A DNA stretch of 64,000 bases from a virus. The number at the start of each line of letters is the position of its first letter. Within the stretch, counting starts at the first letter, position 1. The stretch spans positions 13,850 through 77,849 of the IMG/VR virus record IMGVR_UViG_3300025168_000056; one strand, written 5' to 3'. Positions 19,191 through 29,185 of this stretch are shown in pieces. The notes beneath the pieces were generated by a model, which worked only from the letters and a program-made list of their open reading frames with translations, did no database searches and was not told the origin of the DNA. Position numbers and translations under genes: made by a program.

Positions 19191-20300
19191 ATGTCTTTTA
19201 AAGACGAAAAAGCGCCTGCTAGCGCTGAAACTAGCATCATGAATGTCAACGACCTTAATGTGGTTGATATTAACGCAGACGAATCCAGAATTCGTGTAGG
19301 CTTTGATAACAAAGGATATATTGATTTAGATGTTATCGAAAAACTTACGAAGATTGAATTCAATGACGCGGAGTTTTCACATATCGACTGGTTAGATTTG
19401 AACGAGGTAGACACCAACACCTCTAACTGGAAGAACATTGGAATTCGTGACACCAACGACGAGGCTACGAGAATTGAAAGCTTCCGAGTTTCTTTCCGCC
19501 GATATGGATATGACATGTCGGAATTTCCACCATGCGGTGACACGGATGGAGATATTATGGAGGGAAGAACTCGTATCAAGGCTGCTAAGCTAAACGGCTA
19601 TTCTTATATGCCTATTGCTATCTACACTCGCAGCGTCAAGACAGAACGCAACAGCATTACTAACGGACTTGTTGCTAATCAAAAGAAGCCAGTCTTTATG
19701 GCTACTTTCAATGATTATGTGGCTGCGGGAGTGAGCTTGATTGATAGTGAAGAACTTGAAGCTACTACCACTGATGTTGACAACTGGCTGAACCATGAAG
19801 TCAAGATTGGTCGAGTTTATGACAACGGTATTAACGGAATGGTTACTAAGATTCGTAATGCAATCATAAGCCGCTCAAAGACAGATGACGGACTTATCTG
19901 GTCTCTGACCAAGTCTGATGCAGAGAAGTGGATCAAGACAAATCTTGGTTTAGCTAAGGCTGACTATGTTCTTATTAACATGGCAGATAACGAGACATAC
20001 GCCGAGCGAGCTTGGCGACATGTGCGAGATGCCCTGAAGAACGGTCGAGAGCCAGTGAATCTGATCTTCTACACCACCGATAATAGCCCAACAGCGGCAC
20101 GCGCAGGACTCAAGAAGTCGATGGGGTATGTAGAAGATTTGTACTGTGATTCTTGGGAGGTAGTCATGAGTCAATTGCCAGACGGCGTTTCCTTGACTAT
20201 TCCAACTAAGCGCCCCTTTGTTTTCAAAGGAGCCTTGCCCCAGATTGTCAACAGTCATAACATCAATGGCAGCAATCTAGTTTCAGTCGATAAGTACTAG
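19191..20300 (+). CDS. ParB/Srx-like N-terminal domain protein
   Basis: SFRRYGY...PP....GDIMEGRTRIKAAKLNG..MPI resembles the ParB GxxR motif; ATG at 19191 with SD GGAG. Confidence 0.6.
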   Translation: MSFKDEKAPASAETSIMNVNDLNVVDINADESRIRVGFDNKGYIDLDVIEKLTKIEFNDAEFSHIDWLDLNEVDTNTSNWKNIGIRDTNDEATRIESFRVSFRRYGYDMSEFPPCGDTDGDIMEGRTRIKAAKLNGYSYMPIAIYTRSVKTERNSITNGLVANQKKPVFMATFNDYVAAGVSLIDSEELEATTTDVDNWLNHEVKIGRVYDNGINGMVTKIRNAIISRSKTDDGLIWSLTKSDAEKWIKTNLGLAKADYVLINMADNETYAERAWRHVRDALKNGREPVNLIFYTTDNSPTAARAGLKKSMGYVEDLYCDSWEVVMSQLPDGVSLTIPTKRPFVFKGALPQIVNSHNINGSNLVSVDKY

Positions 20301-21151
20301 TGAAAACGCCCTTGCGATATCCCGGCGGCAAATCCCGTGCCGTCAAGCATATCCTACCCCACATCCCCGAAGGTGTCGAACGAGTTTGTTCGCCATTCTT
20401 CGGGGGTGGCTCAATAGAGCTAGCTTTAGCTAATCGTGGTATCCAAGTATTTGGCTACGACAAGATGAAGCAGCTTGTATGGTTTTGGCAGGGTCTGTGT
20501 GGCGACAGCAATAAGTTGGCTGATGAAGTAGAGAAGCTCCGAGAACAATACCTGATTAGAAACGGCGACACCGTGACAGGGTGTTCCAAGGAGGCGTTCC
20601 ATCAGTACCGCGAAGACCTGAAGATAGAAACGTTTATGTTCTCCTACGAGAGAGCAGCAAAATATTACATCATCAACAGGTCCGGGTTCTCTGGAGCTAC
20701 GTTTAGTGGTGGTTGGTCCGAGAGAGCATCTTACGCAAGATTCACTGAATCTTCAGTGCAAAGACTCAGAGACTTTAACGCACAAAAATTTAGAGTGGAT
20801 TACGCTGACTTTGAAGACGCTATCTTTTACCATCCAAAAGCTTTCTTATATCTTGATCCGCCGTACATGTTAAAGGGTTCTCAGAATTCTCTGTACGGCG
20901 TTGATGGAAACTTGCATGATTCGTTTGATCATGAAAGATTGCACGGTATCTTAACAAACAGAACTGGCTGGCTAATGTCCTATAATGACTGTCCAGAAAT
21001 CAGAGATATGTATAAAGATTATGAAATTGTTGAGGCAGAGTGGTCTTATGGTATGACTAATGTATATTCAAAAGAAGAGAAGAAAAAGAAAGCCGAAGAA
21101 GGCTACGTTAAAAAACAAAAACAGTCATCCGAGATACTAATTAAAGGGTAA
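20300..21151 (+). CDS. Dam-family (D12 class) DNA adenine methyltransferase
   Basis: PLRYPGGKS, PFFGGGS, FLYLDPPY, LMSYND. Confidence 0.95.
   Translation: MKTPLRYPGGKSRAVKHILPHIPEGVERVCSPFFGGGSIELALANRGIQVFGYDKMKQLVWFWQGLCGDSNKLADEVEKLREQYLIRNGDTVTGCSKEAFHQYREDLKIETFMFSYERAAKYYIINRSGFSGATFSGGWSERASYARFTESSVQRLRDFNAQKFRVDYADFEDAIFYHPKAFLYLDPPYMLKGSQNSLYGVDGNLHDSFDHERLHGILTNRTGWLMSYNDCPEIRDMYKDYEIVEAEWSYGMTNVYSKEEKKKKAEEGYVKKQKQSSEILIKG
21136..21143 (+). promoter_or_regulatory. Putative late promoter ACTAATTA
   Basis: At the end of the methyltransferase gene, 7 nt before the next ATG. Confidence 0.55.
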
Positions 21152-22263
21152 TGAATATGAAACCACTGATGAAAGACTGGCGCAAGTTTCTGAAAGAAGA
21201 TATAGATGTACCTCCTGAAATGGAAAAAGATCTAGACGGACCACTCCCTGCCCCCAAAGACTCTCCGGAGAACAATTTAATGCGCACCCTTCGCACTATC
21301 GAGGCAGAGGGATATGACTACAAGCTTGTTAAGAACCAAATTAGAGTTTTGGACGATCATCGTTCGGAGACAATGGAGAAATTGATTCAAATGCTTACTC
21401 CGCTGGGATTTACCCACAACCCTATCGGCGGGGGCAGCAGCATAGGTCGCCTAGAGCTTGTTGATCGCAGCGCCGGCAGTGTTTACGTATATGTTAAGCC
21501 CAAGAAACGAACTGCTGCATCTGCTGGGATGGATTTTGAAGAGAAGTTGGCAAACGAAATTACTCAGCGATATAGTCACATGGGAGTTACTGCTGAAACA
21601 GCCGGCTTCGGTCACGGATCCGATCTCTCTATTAACAAGGGCGGACAAACGGTTATGACCGTGGAACTAAAGACAGCACTCTCAGCCGATTTTGGTCAAT
21701 TTAAAGCCCAATTCAATACGGCCGCCGGGACATGGGAACCCCGCCGCACAGAGGGTTATCTTAAAAACGAAGGTATTTTTAAGCCTTTGTTCGACAACTA
21801 CCTGCTGGACTGGCTCAATGCCAACGCGCGGTTTCCAAACATTAACGACCCACGCCTAAACCGAGACAAGAATGAAAAAATTGCTGGACTTAAGCGTTCG
21901 CTAAACACTGGCGAGCTAAAGAGAGAACTGCAGGGACTATGGTTTGATGGCAAAACCGACATTAAAGTCCCGTTCGATTTCTCACATATTGCTGGCTACT
22001 ATAGCGACAAAGGCGATTCGTTTATTCAAATTAACGGTCGTGGATTGTACGCCTTAAAGCCAGAAGCACAGACACTTGTTGACGTGCCCATGTTTAAAGA
22101 TTTGGGGCTATCCTGTGATCTAAGATTCCGTTTCAAGCCATCGTCAGGTGAAAATAGCTCTACTAGTTTTACATGCGCAGTAAAAATCAAGGGTCGTTAT
22201 AATAAGTCAAACCTTAGTTTGACAAATCCAAAAGATCTAGACAAAATCATAGCAACTCTATAA
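21151..22263 (+). CDS. PD-(D/E)XK nuclease-fold protein with putative capsid-targeting N-terminus
   Basis: GMDFEEKL...GSDL...VELKT; N-terminus MKPLMKDWRKFLKE. Confidence 0.65.
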   Translation: MNMKPLMKDWRKFLKEDIDVPPEMEKDLDGPLPAPKDSPENNLMRTLRTIEAEGYDYKLVKNQIRVLDDHRSETMEKLIQMLTPLGFTHNPIGGGSSIGRLELVDRSAGSVYVYVKPKKRTAASAGMDFEEKLANEITQRYSHMGVTAETAGFGHGSDLSINKGGQTVMTVELKTALSADFGQFKAQFNTAAGTWEPRRTEGYLKNEGIFKPLFDNYLLDWLNANARFPNINDPRLNRDKNEKIAGLKRSLNTGELKRELQGLWFDGKTDIKVPFDFSHIAGYYSDKGDSFIQINGRGLYALKPEAQTLVDVPMFKDLGLSCDLRFRFKPSSGENSSTSFTCAVKIKGRYNKSNLSLTNPKDLDKIIATL

Positions 22264-22270
22264 ATAACAC

Positions 22271-22299
22271 TTGACACCACCGATGGATAGTGGTATCAT
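22271..22299 (+). promoter_or_regulatory. Sigma70-type promoter for recA
   Basis: TTGACA-N17-TATCAT. Confidence 0.7.
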
Positions 22300-22323
22300 A
22301 ATGAATAACTAACAGGAGGGCGA

Positions 22324-23472
22324 ATGCCTAAAAAGAAGACAGCTAAAGCTGGCAGAGTATCTATGCAGGATCTCATGTCGCTTGTAAATAAGAAAGCCGG
22401 CAGAAATGTCGCACACGATCTAACTGGCGACAACCCAACGTCAGTTAAAGAGTGGATTCCAACTGGCTCACGCTGGTTGGACTCAATCATCTGCAAGGGT
22501 CGAGTTGCCGGTATCCCAGTAGGGAAGGTGACAGAGATTGCAGGACTTGAATCAACTGGTAAGTCATATATGGCCGCACAGATTGCCGCAAACGCCCAGA
22601 AACAGGGCAAGCTTGTGGTATATTTTGATTCTGAATCAGCAATCGACCCAAGTTTTTTGGAGCGTTCTGGCTGTGATTTAGACCGCTTAATGTATGTCCA
22701 AGCATCCTCTGTCGAGTTTGTTTTGGAGACTATCGAAGAGCTTCTTGGGGCTACTGATGAAAAGTTAGTTTTAATCTGGGATTCGCTGGCATTCACACCA
22801 TCGGTTTCGGATGTTGAAGGCGACTTCAATCCACAGTCCTCGATGGCAGTGAAGGCTCGTATTCTTGCCAAGGGCATGTCAAAGCTGACAATCCCGCTGG
22901 CAGATAAGCAAGCAACGTTTATTGTTCTCAACCAATTGAAGACAAATATCCCGCAGGGACCAAACGCACGCATCGTTGCAATGACAACACCATATATCAC
23001 GCCCGGTGGCAAGGCTATGCACTATGCCTATTCGTTGCGGATTTGGCTGACAGGACGAAAGGCAAAGTCTTCGTTTATTGAAGACGACAAGGGCTTCCGA
23101 ATTGGGTCCGAGGTCAAGATTAAGCTTGAAAAGTCTCGCTTTGGTTCGCAGGGTCGCTCTTGTGCTTTCCGAATCCTGTGGGGTACTGAGGAAATTGGAA
23201 TCCGAGACGAAGAAAGTTGGTTTGATGCAATCAAGGGAGCCGAAAGCTTAACCTCTGCTGGCGCTTGGTACACACTATCAACACCAGACGGATATACAAA
23301 GAAGTTCCAGCCGTCGAAGTGGACTGAATTAATAAAGAGCGATAAAGAGTTTCGTTCTCGTGTTATTGAGATCATGGATGAAGAAATTGTACAGAAGTTT
23401 GATAAGCGTGAGGGTGATGCAAAGGCTTATTATGAAGATCAAGAAGATCTGACAGTTCCAGTAAAAGAATAA
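22324..23472 (+). CDS. recA: RecA/UvsX recombinase
   Basis: IPTGS..LD, GLESTGKS (Walker A), DSE.A, WDS, LNQL, TPGGKA. Confidence 0.95.
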   Translation: MPKKKTAKAGRVSMQDLMSLVNKKAGRNVAHDLTGDNPTSVKEWIPTGSRWLDSIICKGRVAGIPVGKVTEIAGLESTGKSYMAAQIAANAQKQGKLVVYFDSESAIDPSFLERSGCDLDRLMYVQASSVEFVLETIEELLGATDEKLVLIWDSLAFTPSVSDVEGDFNPQSSMAVKARILAKGMSKLTIPLADKQATFIVLNQLKTNIPQGPNARIVAMTTPYITPGGKAMHYAYSLRIWLTGRKAKSSFIEDDKGFRIGSEVKIKLEKSRFGSQGRSCAFRILWGTEEIGIRDEESWFDAIKGAESLTSAGAWYTLSTPDGYTKKFQPSKWTELIKSDKEFRSRVIEIMDEEIVQKFDKREGDAKAYYEDQEDLTVPVKE

Positions 23473-23480
23473 AAAAGTAC

Positions 23481-23509
23481 TTGACTTTCTCTCCGAGATT
23501 GGCTATAAT
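23481..23509 (+). promoter_or_regulatory. Sigma70-type promoter
   Basis: TTGACT-N17-TATAAT. Confidence 0.75.
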
Positions 23510-23538
23510 AAGATATAATCAATTAAGGAGGGTTATTC

Positions 23539-24474
23539 ATGCGAAACTACGGCTATGCTTGCATCAACATGGGGTTCTCAAACCGCCCCAAATCGCAGCG
23601 CATCACAACTAACAGGACTATGATCAAGCGCACGTTCCAAGAGCGTGGTATTGACTATGCTTCGGAGCTTGCGCTCCAAAATCTACGCGACTTACGTAAG
23701 ATTCTAGAGTGGAATCTGGAGAACGACATTTACTTCTATCGGCTGTCATCGGACATTGTGCCGTGGGCTAGCGAGTATGACTTGACTGACATGCCGAACT
23801 ACGGTGCTATCCATGCGGCTGCATTGTCCGCAGGTAACTTTGCTCGCGAGCACGGTATGCGCATCACCTCACATCCGGGTCCATTCAACAAGCTTGCATC
23901 TCCCAAAGAGCGTGTATTCAATCTTACCAAGACTGACTTGTCGGTGCACGGTGATTTGTTCGACCTCATCGGGCTACCGCAGACGCCCTATGCCAAGCTC
24001 AACATTCATGTTGGTGCTGCCTACGGCGATAAGCCATTCGCTCTCGACAACTTCTGTCGCAACTTCGAACGCCTACCTGACAACGTGCGCTCTCGCCTTA
24101 CAGTCGAGAACGATGACAAGGCTTCGTTGTACTCGACCAAGGAATTGTATGACAGTGTTTACAAGCGCATCGGCATCCCGATTGTCTTTGACTATCACCA
24201 CCACATGTTGCACCCCGGCGGTCAGTCCGAGCAAGAAGCACTTGAGCTTGCCCTATCTACGTGGGGTGACATCAAGCCAGTTGTGCATTACGCAGAGTCG
24301 CGCTCTATCGAGCACAACAACCCCAAGATCAAACCTCAAGCACACTCAGATATGATTCGTAATCCATTCAGTGATTACGGTCATGATTTTGACGTTATGA
24401 TCGAAGCCAAGCACAAAGAGCTTGCATTATTAGAATATCGTGATACAATGAACAAACAAAGGATGGCAGTATGA
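23539..24474 (+). CDS. uvsE: UV damage endonuclease UvsE/UVDE
   Basis: GYACIN, FYRLSS, HPGPF, NIHVG, ENDDK, DYHHH, AHSD, MIEAKHKE. Confidence 0.95.
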   Translation: MRNYGYACINMGFSNRPKSQRITTNRTMIKRTFQERGIDYASELALQNLRDLRKILEWNLENDIYFYRLSSDIVPWASEYDLTDMPNYGAIHAAALSAGNFAREHGMRITSHPGPFNKLASPKERVFNLTKTDLSVHGDLFDLIGLPQTPYAKLNIHVGAAYGDKPFALDNFCRNFERLPDNVRSRLTVENDDKASLYSTKELYDSVYKRIGIPIVFDYHHHMLHPGGQSEQEALELALSTWGDIKPVVHYAESRSIEHNNPKIKPQAHSDMIRNPFSDYGHDFDVMIEAKHKELALLEYRDTMNKQRMAV

Positions 24475-25442
24475 AACGAGTATTAATTGTAGATGCATTG
24501 AATGCATATTTGAGGGCTTACATTGTAGACCCAAGCATCTCAACCAACGGAGACCCGATCGGCGGACTCAAGGGGTTCATTAAAATCCTCCAAAAGTTGG
24601 TCCGGACTACTAGCCCGGATAACGTTATCGTAGTCTGGGACGGACCCAACGGCTCCAAGAAGCGAAAGACCATGGATAAGAATTACAAGGCCGGTCGCAA
24701 ACCCATTCGACTGAATAGAGCTTTTCATAATCTAACAGATGATGAGGAGTTACAAAACAAGATCTGGCAACAAAGTCGGGTCATTGAGTATATGAATGAA
24801 ATGCCAGTTATTCAGTTCATGCTGCCAGAAATTGAGGCTGATGATGTGATTGCTCACATTACACAGCTGTCAACTTACGATGGTTGGCAAAAGATCATTG
24901 TATCTAATGATAGAGATTTTATGCAGGTTTGTGATGAGGAAACAGTCTTGTGGCGCCCAACAAAGGACGAGTTCTTAAATACTAAGAGGATTATCGAGCA
25001 GACTGGGGTACACCCAACCAATATGGCATTAGCCCGAGCAATCATTGGCGATGCATCGGACAACCTTCCAGGCGTAAAGGGTGCAGGCTTCAAGACCATC
25101 GCTAAGCGCTTAGGCTCTATGTTGTCTGTTGAGAAAACTGCAACCATCGATGAGATCGTTGAGTATTGCGCTAACGCAGATAGCAACTTGAAGTTCTTTA
25201 GCAACGTTACAGAGAGCAAGAGCTTGATCGAGCACAACTACAGAATGATGCAGCTATACTCTCCGCAAATGTCATTCCAGTCTAAAACCTACGTTAAAGA
25301 ATCAATCGAAAATTTTGAATGCGAATTTAATAAAACCGAGGTTATCGGTATGATGCGCGCAGATGGATTTGGTGAGCTAAATTGGGCAGATCTTCAAGCT
25401 CACTTAAATAAGATTCAGAAGGAATGCCTTGACAACGCATGA
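24471..25442 (+). CDS. 5'-3' exonuclease/flap endonuclease (Pol I N-terminal or T4 RNase H-like)
   Basis: LIVDA, VWDG, YKAGR, EADDVI, SNDRDF, GDASDNLPGVKGAG. Confidence 0.95.
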   Translation: MKRVLIVDALNAYLRAYIVDPSISTNGDPIGGLKGFIKILQKLVRTTSPDNVIVVWDGPNGSKKRKTMDKNYKAGRKPIRLNRAFHNLTDDEELQNKIWQQSRVIEYMNEMPVIQFMLPEIEADDVIAHITQLSTYDGWQKIIVSNDRDFMQVCDEETVLWRPTKDEFLNTKRIIEQTGVHPTNMALARAIIGDASDNLPGVKGAGFKTIAKRLGSMLSVEKTATIDEIVEYCANADSNLKFFSNVTESKSLIEHNYRMMQLYSPQMSFQSKTYVKESIENFECEFNKTEVIGMMRADGFGELNWADLQAHLNKIQKECLDNA

Positions 25443-25461
25443 AATTAATCTTCGGATCTGC

Positions 25462-25489
25462 TTGACAAAACGGTCAGATTTGATATACT
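25462..25489 (+). promoter_or_regulatory. Sigma70-type promoter
   Basis: TTGACA-N16-TATACT. Confidence 0.55.
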
Positions 25490-25508
25490 TATATAAAACG
25501 AGAGGGTA

Positions 25509-26903
25509 ATGCAAGCAGAGAAAGCAAACTTCGGAAAGTATGGAAAAACTTTTCAAGAAGGGTTAGTACAATTAATATTTGAAGATCGTCCTTTTGCGGA
25601 CCAGATCACTGAAGTTCTAGATGTAAGCTTTCTAGAGCTTGAGTATTTGCGCGTATTCCTGCGCAAGACTATTGATTACCGTGCAAGATATGACCGGCAC
25701 CCATCCTCTTCTACAATGGATACGATTATTCACACTGAGTTGTCTGATGAAGACGAACTGGTGGCCGAGCAAGTAAAGGAATATTTTGATAAGATAGTCG
25801 GTTATGAAGTCGGCGATCAAGAATACATTAAAGAGACCTCTCTTGATTTTTGTCGGAAACAAACACTGAAAGAAGCAATGATGAAGTCCGTGGGGCTCCT
25901 TCAAACGTGTTCCTTCGATGAAATATCTACAGAGATTAACAACGCGCTAAAATTAGGGTCGGATAACAATTTTGGCTACGACTATCTCGCAGACTTCGAA
26001 GCGCGATTTGTGCCGAAACATCGAAAGCCGGTATCAACCGGATGGTCTGATATCGATAATATTGTAGGAGGAGGGCTGGGCAAAAATGAGCTTGGTGTTG
26101 TGATTGCCCCCACCGGTGCCGGAAAATCTATGGTTCTAGTACACTTGGGTGCCGAGGCATTACGAGAAGGAAAAACAGTCGTCCACTATACATTGGAGCT
26201 TCAAGAAACTGTAATCGCCAACAGATATGATAGCTGCATCACGGGCTATCCTCTCGATGAGATAATAAATTTTAAAGAAGAAGTCTATGAGGAGATCAAA
26301 GATATTGAGGGCTCACTAATTATTAAAGAATACCCGACAAAATCTGCCTCGACTAACACGATTAAAGCACACTTATCAAGATTGATAAAGCGCGGAATCA
26401 ATCCGGGCATGGTAATTATAGATTATGGAGATCTCTTGAAACCTGTTGTAGTACGAAAAGAAAAAAGAAATGAGCTGGAATCAATCTACGAAGAGATGAG
26501 AGGAATCTCAGCAGAGTTCCAGTGCCCAGTCTGGACAGCTTCGCAAACTAACCGCTCTGGTCTAAGCGCCGAAGTGATCACGATGGAGCAAATCTCAGAG
26601 GCATTTAATAAGTGCTTTGTCGCCGACTTCATTTTTTCTGTCTCTCGTACTATCGAGGACAAACAAAATAATCAAGGGAAGTTGTTCATTGCCAAGAACA
26701 GAAACGGACCAGATGGAATGGTGTTCCCAATTTTCATGGACACCTCCAACGTCAATATCAAGATATTACCAAACACGTCCAGTCACAATAACACCAACAG
26801 CAACCCGGCGGTGGTCACCGCACCAGTTTCTTTGGGTCCATCAGCTCAGAAGCAGCTATTACAAGCAAAATATACTAAACTAAAAAGGAAAACAAGACAA
26901 TGA
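25509..26903 (+). CDS. dnaB: Replicative DnaB/gp41-type helicase
   Basis: APTGAGKS, YTLE, IKEYPT, IIDYGDL, WTASQTNR, AKNRNG. Confidence 0.93.
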   Translation: MQAEKANFGKYGKTFQEGLVQLIFEDRPFADQITEVLDVSFLELEYLRVFLRKTIDYRARYDRHPSSSTMDTIIHTELSDEDELVAEQVKEYFDKIVGYEVGDQEYIKETSLDFCRKQTLKEAMMKSVGLLQTCSFDEISTEINNALKLGSDNNFGYDYLADFEARFVPKHRKPVSTGWSDIDNIVGGGLGKNELGVVIAPTGAGKSMVLVHLGAEALREGKTVVHYTLELQETVIANRYDSCITGYPLDEIINFKEEVYEEIKDIEGSLIIKEYPTKSASTNTIKAHLSRLIKRGINPGMVIIDYGDLLKPVVVRKEKRNELESIYEEMRGISAEFQCPVWTASQTNRSGLSAEVITMEQISEAFNKCFVADFIFSVSRTIEDKQNNQGKLFIAKNRNGPDGMVFPIFMDTSNVNIKILPNTSSHNNTNSNPAVVTAPVSLGPSAQKQLLQAKYTKLKRKTRQ

Positions 26904-28867
26904 GAACAATTGACAACATTAGGCGCTTTAGACTTTCGGATACCTTTGTGGAACCGTATAAGATGAAGGAAGTGCCTTGGGGTCCATTGGGGTATGTAAC
27001 GTTCAAGAGAACGTACGCGAGGAGATTAAGCGAATTTGATCCAGAAGCTTCAGGCACCGAAGAATGGTGGCAGACATGTCGCCGCGTTGTGGAAGGTATG
27101 TTCAATATGCAAAAACAGCATGTTTTCATGTTAGGTTTGGAATGGAATGACGCAAAGGCTCAGAGAACCGCTAAGGATGCTTATGAGCGCTTATTCACAT
27201 TAAAGTGGACACCCCCTGGTCGCGGCTTATGGATGATGGGAACGAAGTTTATCGAAGAAAGGACCGCAGCAGGATTGTTTAATTGTGCCTTTCGCTCTAC
27301 TCGCGATCTAGCGACTAAGGGCGGCTATCTTTTCGCTTGGATGATGGACGCTCTTATGGTTGGTATCGGAGTTGGTTTTGATACCGAGGGAGCTAACACA
27401 ATTGTTATCAATGAACCACAGTATACTAATGATACTCTTTTCATTGATGACTCTCGCGAAGGCTGGGTCGACTCTGTGCACACACTATTAGACGGATTCT
27501 TTTTTGGTTCTAAAGTGCCCAAGTTCGATTATTCAGCTATTCGCCCGGAAGGCGCCCTTATCCACGGTTTCGGCGGCACTTCATCCGGCGCCGGTCCCCT
27601 TATTGAACTGCACAAGAGTTTAATTGAGTTGTTTTCCGGGAAGGTCGGTGAACCAATAAGCTCAGTAGACATAGTTGACACCGAAAACCTTATCGGGCGC
27701 TGTGTTGTGTCAGGGAACGTACGTCGGTCCGCGGCTCTGGCTATGGGTCGACATGATGACAAGAGATATCTTGAAATGAAGAACGATTCAGAGAAGCTGA
27801 TGCACCACCGGTGGGGTTCCAACAATTCTTTTAACGCCGTCGTCGGAATGGATTACACTTGGCATGCCGCACAATCCCAGAAGAATGGAGAGCCGGGATA
27901 TATTTGGCTGGAGAATGCTCGCACCCGCGGTCGTTTTAAAGATGGATTGAGATATGATGATGTGAATGTCGCCGGCTTTAACCCGTGTGTAGAACAACAG
28001 TTAGAGGATGCAGAATTATGCTGCTTGGTGGAAACTTACCCAGCAAAGCACGAAGATATGGAAGATTATCTTCGAACCCTTAAGATCGCGTATCTTTATG
28101 GCAAGACTATCACTCTTTCTAACACACATTGGCCGGAAACCAATGCAAAGATGCTTAAAAATCGCCGCATCGGACTCTCCCAATCTGGAGTTGTTCAGGC
28201 ATTTAACAAGTTCGGCAGAAGAGAAGTGTATGAGATGTGTGACAACGCATATGAGCATGTGAAGAGTCTTGATGAAGAGTACTCCAACTGGCTGTGTATT
28301 CCAAAGTCTGTTAGAATGACTTCAATCAAGCCATCCGGTACAGTGTCTTTACTTAATGGATCTACTCCGGGGATTCACTTTCCTGAGAGCGAGTTCTATA
28401 TTAGAAGGATTAGATTTGCGGAAAGCTCAGAGATGCTTAAACAATTAGAAGAAGCAGGCTATAAGATAGAGAAGGATTCATATTCGCCCAATACCATGGT
28501 GGTAGAATTTCCGGTGCAAGAGCCATATTTTCAGAAAGGAAAGAAGGACGTGTCCATATGGGAACAGCTTGAGATTGCGGCACAATATCAACATTACTGG
28601 GCGGACAATTCTGTTTCAATTACGGTGACGTTTAACGAGAGCGAATCGACTCAGATTAAGAGCGCTCTGGAGATGTACGAAACGCGATTGAAAGCCGTTT
28701 CGTTCTTAAAATATCAAGAAACTGGATACGTGCAGGCGCCCTATGAACCAATCACTGAAGAAAAGTTCAACGAGATGTCAGCAAACATAAACCCGGTCCA
28801 ACGCATGTCTTTTGAGGAAGGCGGCATCGGTAGCAAGTTTTGCACCAACGATACATGTACAATTTAA
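26900..28867 (+). CDS. nrdJ: Class II (B12-dependent) ribonucleoside-triphosphate reductase
   Basis: RTYAR, PPGRGLW, FNCAF, GNVRRSA, NPCVEQ, IKPSGTVS, C-terminal FCTNDTC. Confidence 0.95.
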   Translation: MRTIDNIRRFRLSDTFVEPYKMKEVPWGPLGYVTFKRTYARRLSEFDPEASGTEEWWQTCRRVVEGMFNMQKQHVFMLGLEWNDAKAQRTAKDAYERLFTLKWTPPGRGLWMMGTKFIEERTAAGLFNCAFRSTRDLATKGGYLFAWMMDALMVGIGVGFDTEGANTIVINEPQYTNDTLFIDDSREGWVDSVHTLLDGFFFGSKVPKFDYSAIRPEGALIHGFGGTSSGAGPLIELHKSLIELFSGKVGEPISSVDIVDTENLIGRCVVSGNVRRSAALAMGRHDDKRYLEMKNDSEKLMHHRWGSNNSFNAVVGMDYTWHAAQSQKNGEPGYIWLENARTRGRFKDGLRYDDVNVAGFNPCVEQQLEDAELCCLVETYPAKHEDMEDYLRTLKIAYLYGKTITLSNTHWPETNAKMLKNRRIGLSQSGVVQAFNKFGRREVYEMCDNAYEHVKSLDEEYSNWLCIPKSVRMTSIKPSGTVSLLNGSTPGIHFPESEFYIRRIRFAESSEMLKQLEEAGYKIEKDSYSPNTMVVEFPVQEPYFQKGKKDVSIWEQLEIAAQYQHYWADNSVSITVTFNESESTQIKSALEMYETRLKAVSFLKYQETGYVQAPYEPITEEKFNEMSANINPVQRMSFEEGGIGSKFCTNDTCTI

Positions 28868-28879
28868 AAAGAGGAAACA

Positions 28880-29158
28880 ATGTTCATACCATTAAACAGA
28901 CATATACATATTGATTTAGGCACGCCAAATCAGAACGAGACAGCAGCAGGTATTCTATTGCCAGAAGAGTATAAACCGACAGAGCAGAGGTACGCGACTG
29001 CCACGGTCATAGCAACGTCAGAAGACGTTAAATTCTTAGAATCTCTGCGGAAGGGCACAGAAATAGTTGTTGATAAGACCATGGTTGAGGAGATTAACTT
29101 TGGAGACAAAACCATAAATGTTATTTTAGAGAACTATATATTAGGTATAATTTCTTAA
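28880..29158 (+). CDS. groES: Co-chaperonin GroES-like protein
   Basis: PLNRHI, TAAGILLP mobile loop, ILENYILGII. Confidence 0.85.
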   Translation: MFIPLNRHIHIDLGTPNQNETAAGILLPEEYKPTEQRYATATVIATSEDVKFLESLRKGTEIVVDKTMVEEINFGDKTINVILENYILGIIS

Positions 29159-29185
29159 ATTGCAATATAAAGGGGCAATTGCTGT

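Noticed and set aside
22894-22904. 11-nt match CCGCTGGCAGA to the pseudoknot repeat inside recA (similar match near 12732)
   Set aside because: The partner strand GTCTGCC is missing and the match lies in coding sequence; likely chance.
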